Assembly (NCBI RefSeq): GCF_046119375.1
Contig: NW_027362772.1
Location: 151,280,001 to 151,344,000, forward strand
Source of the DNA: Phyllobates terribilis
Taxonomy: Eukaryota
Direction: 5' to 3'
Length of the DNA: 64,000 bases
The notes under the pieces were generated by a model. That model was not told where the DNA came from and did no database searches. It was given only the letters and a program-made list of their open reading frames with translations. Of this stretch, positions 57,731-64,000 are shown piece by piece (positions within the stretch are counted from its first letter, which is position 1; every line of letters starts with the position of its first letter). Position numbers and translations under genes: made by a program.

Positions 57731-60700
57731 CATTTTTTATTTTTTCCTCCACTGAAATCGGACTGAGAAAACAATCGCAGCATGCTGTGTATTGTCGCGT
57801 ATCTCGGACGAAACTCCCAATGCAAGTCAATGGGTGTGTGGAAAAAAAAAAAAAAAAAAATCGCACGGCACTTGGACCATGAAGTGCTGTCTGATTTTCA
57901 CGCACCCGTCTCTTTAAAAGACGGCAATTCATCAGCCGGTGTGCTGTAAAATCACAGCGGTACCCGACAATTTAGAATAGAAAGAATAGAACAACACACA
58001 TAGAATAGATAGAAAGATGTCAGTCACATACATAATTAGTACAGTGACTGATTTGGTTACTCTACTTGTCGTTTATTGTAAAATTAAAAAAAAAAAAAAA
58101 AATGGAGTGGGGTTCCCCTTAATTTTATAGTCTAGCTGAGGTTAAGCAAACAGCTGGGACAGATGTTTGCAGCCTAAGAAGGGGGTAATACCCATGGAGC
58201 TTCCCAGGCTACTAAAATCAGCCCCCAGCTGTATACTTAGTCTTTACTGGCTATTAAAATGTGGGATCTCAAAAAAAAAAAAAAGACGTGGGGTCCCCCT
58301 TTTTTAACAGCTAGTAAAGGCTATACAGACAGCTGGGGGCTGATATTAATAGCTTAGGAAGGGGCCATGAATATTGGCCCCCTCCAAGGCTACAAACAGG
58401 AGCCCTCAGCCGCCCCAGAAATGGAGCATCCATAGGATGCCACAATTCTGGCACTTGGCCTCGCTCTTCCCACTGCCCTGTAGCGGTGGCAGTGGGGTTG
58501 ATGTTGGCTTATAATGCCAGCTGACATCAAGCCTAGGATAGTAATGGAGAGGCGTCTATAAGACACCCCCATTACTAACCCCATAGTGTAAATAAAATTA
58601 AAACTCCCACACCGTGAATAAAATATTTTATTTGAAATAAACACACAGACTTCTTTAATATTCTAAATTAAACCATACTTACCATCACGCCCATTCCTCT
58701 GAATCCCATGTCACCTGCAATAATAGTAAAATAATAAAGCAACCTCATCCTTACCTTTCCGACGTGAAGAACATAATCCATGTGTCTAGCGACATGGCCA
58801 GCTCTGCTACATCTAGATGACCGGCTGGATCGTAGCTGGACGCGACCATCCAGCCTGCCATCCTGCAGAGACACTGTGGAGTGCATGCATCCTTAGTGAC
58901 TCGCTGTGACGGCATCAAGATGAGCTGAGCTCATGTCACATGAACTCAGTTCATCTCATTGACGTCAGTGTGAGTATGGGAAAATAAAATACTTACCGCA
59001 CATGCGCTGACCTCATTTGCCGTCACCGCGAATGTGAGATTTTTCCCACGCTCGCATTGGCGTCAATTAGGTGAACTGTTTCACCTAACCACTGTGGCCT
59101 GTGATTGGCTGCAGCGGTCAGGTGACTGAGCAGAGCGTGATCATATAACATCCAACAATCAAGTGCTGCAGCCAGACACAGGCCGATGATGGAACAGTGA
59201 TACCACTGCTCGCTGTCTCTGTGCAGACAATGGAGACGCCTGCACTGGATACAAGTGGGAGTTTTTATTTTTTACATATCCAGTCTGTTGGTTAAGGTTT
59301 TATATTGCCCAGAAAACCCCTTTTAAGCCTTTGTTCCCATCACATTTTAAGGCCGCCGTTTATGCCGGGAAAAGCTCCTGACTTATTTAGAAAATTAAGG
59401 CACTGATGTGGAGCAGTGGCAGCGGTCATCCATAGACTTTATAAAAAAAAAAATAGTTTAATTGACGTTTTTTATTGGATCCGGCAGAATGCAAAAGCAT
59501 ATTTTACTAAGCGGTTCCATTTTTTTTTCCTTGTGTGCGGTCCAGAAGGAAGCAAAAATACATTTAATTTTTTTCTTCTGTCTGGCAACGTTGGCGTGTA
59601 AATGCTAAACATAGGGCAAAATTGTGGTGTGAATATAGTCTTAGAGGCAAGATGGTGGCTCACTTCATCCTTTGCGGATTTCCTTCTCGGGACATATTTC
59701 TTCTATCGTATTAGTTCATCTGCATGGACTTAGGCTACGTTCACATGTTGCTTTTTTGCTGCATTTTTTTCTGCAGGCAAAACCTGCTCTCTTGGCAGTA
59801 AAGAAGCTGCTTACAAAAAGCAGGTTTTGCTGCGTTTCTCAGGATCCCCAAGTTTACCTTTGCTTCCACCACAGAAGCATGAACAATGCAAGGGGTCAGG
59901 TCACCAATGCAAGACATATGTGAAACCATAAAATCATTTTGGAAAAAAGGTCAATTTGATCAAATTATTTGGTGGAAAAAAGATTTTTATGTCTGAAAAA
60001 ATAGTGACTATTCTGAACAAAAAAGTTCATACAAGTCCATGAAAAAATACACAATTACAAATGTAACAGAGGGGGGAGGTGAATTGGTTGGGAATAGTTT
60101 ACCTAAGACATTGGCAGTGCATTGTGTTTGTAGGACACTTTATTTTCACACTTTGGTCAGGTATTCTTCAATTTCACACCTTAGTAGGCTTTCACATACT
60201 GCTGTACCTGTTTGTTTTTTTCACTGAAACTGCAGCAAAACCTGATACCTGCATTTTGCACTTACTCATTGCTTTCTATTGGTGAAAAAACGCTGATAGA
60301 AGTGACATGCAGAAGTTTTCCAATTCAGTCACGAAAGAAAAAACAGCGTGTGCATGAGATTTCTGAAATCTCATAGCTTTTGCTGGTACTGTAAAACACA
60401 GCAAAAACGCAATGTGCGAACATAGCCTTACACTACTATATCTTGCGGGCTTTTGTTAAAAAAAATCTATTATGTATAAAACCAGCCCAGTCTTCAGATG
60501 GGATTGCTGTGCTCAGGACATTCATAGCAGAGGACCATTCTCCCTCCCGCAGACTCCATTCTTCCATATATTCGTCAATAATCAACCATTAAAAAGCATT
60601 GTACCATCGTCTTCGGAAAGAGTGCAGCCCCCCCCCCCCCCGCCTCCCCATGCCATCCTCACTGCTACGCACCAAAATTGAGACTATTTTAAGGAGTTGT

Positions 60701-61038
60701 CAGCTCAAGAAGCTTTTCTTCTGGCTTTTTTCTCCCATATGAATTACTATTTTGCTTAGTTACCTTCTAAGATGTTTTGTTCATTTGTTGTATATTTAGT
60801 GTAGACTTCCTACCTGCACTTGTCAATAGTGTTTGGCTGCCAGACAGGACCCCTGAGAACTACCTCCCGGCATCTGCCGCTCTTCTTTTGGTTGGTGTGA
60901 CATCTCACCAGGCCTGCTAATCAATAGAAGAGCCGAGGATTGAGTCAGGAAAGAGGCGGTTCACAGGGCCGCCGTCCAGCAGACACAGATTACTGACCTG
61001 ACCATTGGAGAGGATTCTCACTATTGCCAGATAATATA

Positions 61039-63815
61039 CTGGTGCATCTCCCTAAATTAGAATATCATCAAAAAGTTAATTTATTTCAGTTCTTCAATGC
61101 AAAAAGTGAAACTCATATTATAGAGAGTCATTACAGTGATCTATTTCAAGTGTTTATTTCTGTTAATGTTGATGATTATGGCTTACAGCCAATGAAAACA
61201 CAAAAGTCATTATCACAGTAAATTAAAATAATTAAACACCTGCAAAGGCTTCTGAAGTTTTTAAAAAGGTCCCTTAGTCTGTTTCAGTTGGCTCCACAAT
61301 CATGGGGGAAGACTGCTGACTTGACAGATGTCCAGAAGGCAGTCATTGACACACTCCACAAGGTCCCAGAGTTCCAATTTTCATTTGGAAATCACGGTCC
61401 CAGAGTCTGGAGGAAGAGTGGAGAGGCCACAATCCAAGCTGCTTGAGGTCTAGTGTGAAGTTTCCACAATCAGTGATGGTTTGGGGAGCCATGTCATCTG
61501 CTGGTGTAGGTCCACTGTGTTTTATCAAGACCAAAGTCAGCACAGCCGTCTACCAGAAAATTTTAGAGCACTTCATGCTTCCCTCTGCCGACAAGCTTTT
61601 TGGAGATGGAAATGTCATTCTCCAGCAGGACTTGGCCCCTGTCCACACGGCCAAAATTAGCAATACATGGTTTACAAACAACAGTATCACTATGCTTGAT
61701 TGGCCAGAAAACCCGCCTGACATTAACCCCATAGAGAGAATCTATGGGGTATTGTCAAGAGGAAGATGAGAGACACCAGACCCAACAATGCAGACGAGCT
61801 GAAGGCTGCTATCAAAGCAACCTGGGCTTCCATAACACCTCAGCAGTGCCACAGTCTGATCGCCTCCATGCCACGCCGCATTGATGCAGTAATTGATGCA
61901 AAAGGAGGCCCGACCAAGTATTGAGTGCATTTACTGAACATACAGTATGGACCAAAAGTTTGGACACACCTCATTTAATGATTTTTCTGTTTTTGTTCAT
62001 GACTTTGAAAATTGTACATTCACACTGAAGGCATCAATACTATGAATTAACACATGTGGAATTATATACTTAACAAAAAAGTGTGAAACAACTGAAAATA
62101 TGTCTTATATTCTAGGTTCTTCAAAGTAGCCACCTTTTGCTTTGATGACTGCTTTGCACACTCTTGGCATTCTCTTGATGAGCTTCAAGAGGTAGTCACC
62201 GGAAATGGTTTTCACTTCACAGGTGTGCCCTGACAGGTTTAATAAGTGGGATTTCTTGCCTTATAAATGGGGTTGGGACCATCAGTTGTGTTGTGCAGAA
62301 GACAGGTGGATACACAGCTGATAGTCCTACTGAATAGACTGTTAGATGCTTTTTTCTTGCCATAATGCAAATTCTAAGTAAAGAAAAACGAGTGGTCATC
62401 ATTACTTTAAGAAATGAAGGTCAGTCAGTCTGAAAAATTGGGCAAACTTTGAATGTGTCCCCAAGTGCAGTTGCAAAAACCATCAAGCGCTACAAAGAAA
62501 CTGGCTCATATGAGGACCGCCCCAGGAAAGGAAGACCAAGAGTCACCTCTGCTTCTGAGGATAACTTTATCCGAGTCACCAGCCTCAGAAATCGCAGGTT
62601 AACAGCAGCTCAGATTAGAGATCAGTTCAATGCCACACAGAGTTCTAGCAGCAGACACATCTCTACAACAACTGTTAAGAGGAGACTTTGTGCAGCAGGC
62701 CTTCATGGTAAAATAGCTGCTAGGAAACTACTGCTAATGACAGGCAACAAGCCGAAGAGACTTGTTTGGGCTAAAGAACACAAGGAATGGACATTAGACC
62801 AGTGGAAATCTGTGCTTTGGTCTGATGAGTCCAAATTTGAGATCTTTGGTTCCAACCACCATGTCTTTGTGCGAAGCAGAAAAGGTGAACGGATGGACTC
62901 TATATGCCTGGTTCCCACCGTGAAGCATGGAGGAGGAGGTGTGATGGTGTGGGGGTGCTTTGCTGGTGACACTGTTGGGCATTTATTCAAAATTGAAGGC
63001 ATACTGAACCAGCATGGCTACCTCAGCATCTTGCAGCGGCATGCTATTCCATCCGGTTTGCGTTTAGTTGGACCATCATTTATTCAACAGGACAATGACC
63101 CCAAACACATCTCCAGGCTGTGTAAGGGCTATTGGACCAAGAAGGGGAGTGATGGGGTGCTACGCCAGATGACCTGGCCTCCACAGTCACCAGACCTGAA
63201 CCCAATCGAGATGGTTTGGGGTGAGCTGGACCGCAGAGTGAAGGCAAAAGGGCCAACAAGTGCCAAGCATCTCTGGGAACTCCTTCAAGATTGTTGGAAG
63301 ACCATTTCCGGTGACTACCTCTTGAAGCTCATCAAGAGAATGCCAAGAGTATGCAAAGCAGTCATCAAAGCAAAATGTGGCTACTTTGAAGAACCTAGAA
63401 TATAAGACATATTTTCAGTTGTTTCACACTTTTTTGTTAAGTATATAATTCCACATGTGTTCATAGTTTTGATGCCTTCAGTGTGAATGTACAATTTCCA
63501 TAGTCATGAAAATACAGAAAAATCTTTAAATGAGAACGTGTGTCCAAACTTTTGGTCTGTACTGTACATTTCAGTAGGCCAACATTTCGGATTTTAAAAA
63601 CATTTTTCAAGCTGTTATAAAGTATTCTAATTTAGTGAGATAATGACTTTTGCGTTTTCATTGGCTGTAAGCCATAATCAACACTAACCGAAATAAACAC
63701 TTGAAATAGATTACTCTGTGTGTAATGACTCTAGATAATGAGTTTCACTTTTTGTATTGAAGAACTGAAATCAATTAACTTTTTGATGATATTCTATTTT
63801 AGTGAGATGCACCTA
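61039..63815 (+). mobile_element. Internally deleted Tc1 element, family B, copy 3, hosting a nested Tc1
   Basis: TIR CTGGTGCATCTC.CTAAATTAG at 61039; transposase remnant 61443-61769; right TIR resumes at 63565 and ends AGTGAGATGCACCT. Confidence 0.9.
61943..63564 (+). mobile_element. Tc1 transposon, family A, full length, nested in family B copy 3
   Basis: TA|CAGTATGGACCAAAAGTTTGGACAC ... GTCCAAACTTTTGGTCTGTACTG|TA; ~265-bp TIRs. ORF 62449-63405 with DDE motifs; N-terminus cut off by TGA near 62431. Confidence 0.94.
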
Positions 63816-63819
63816 TATA

Positions 63820-64000
63820 CAGTGGGTATGGAAAGTGTTCAGACCTCTTTAAATTTTTCACTCTGTTTCATTGCAGCCATTTGGTAAATTCTAAAAAGTT
63901 CATTTTTTTTCTCATTAAAGTACACTCTGCACCCCATCTTGACTGAAAAAAACCCAGAAATGTAGAGATTTTTGCAAATTTATTTTAAAAAAACTGAAAT
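63820..64000. mobile_element. Start of another Tc1-family element (family E), truncated by window end
   Basis: TA|CAGTGGGTATGGAAAGTGTTCAGACC Tc1-type TIR directly after the family B end. Confidence 0.7.

Noticed and set aside
56150-60430. ORFs and short repeats (e.g. CCATCAGTGT arrays at 56180-56460)
   Set aside because: Internal parts of common foldback DNA elements; no splice-compatible coding exon recognised.

Overview
Vertebrate genomic DNA, most likely a frog (inferred from the repeat families; the species cannot be determined here). The window matches the TFPT - PRPF31 - (CNOT3) block of human 19q13.4. It holds the 5' end of TFPT on the minus strand (one coding exon, 2033-2272) head-to-head with a complete PRPF31 gene on the plus strand (13 coding exons, 5794-20310, 498 aa, all introns GT-AG). 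A second CpG-island promoter at about 47.0-47.8 kb is probably CNOT3, by synteny only. Most of the rest is transposon-derived: at least five Tc1 families (one copy with an intact DD34E transposase), piggyBac-, Kolobok/T2-, hAT- and Harbinger-like non-autonomous elements, V-SINEs, a DIRS retrotransposon split by a SCAN-bearing Gmr1-like Gypsy element, and Penelope remnants including a minimal hammerhead motif. The best leads are a 36/28-bp CpG minisatellite just inside PRPF31 intron 1 (a possible analogue of human MSR1), an inverted transposon pair bracketing PRPF31 exons 5-9, the intact Tc1, the hammerhead motif and a duplicated ~85-nt intronic element. Homology calls rest on sequences recalled from memory; no searches were run. 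No rRNA, true tRNA gene or CRISPR array was found.
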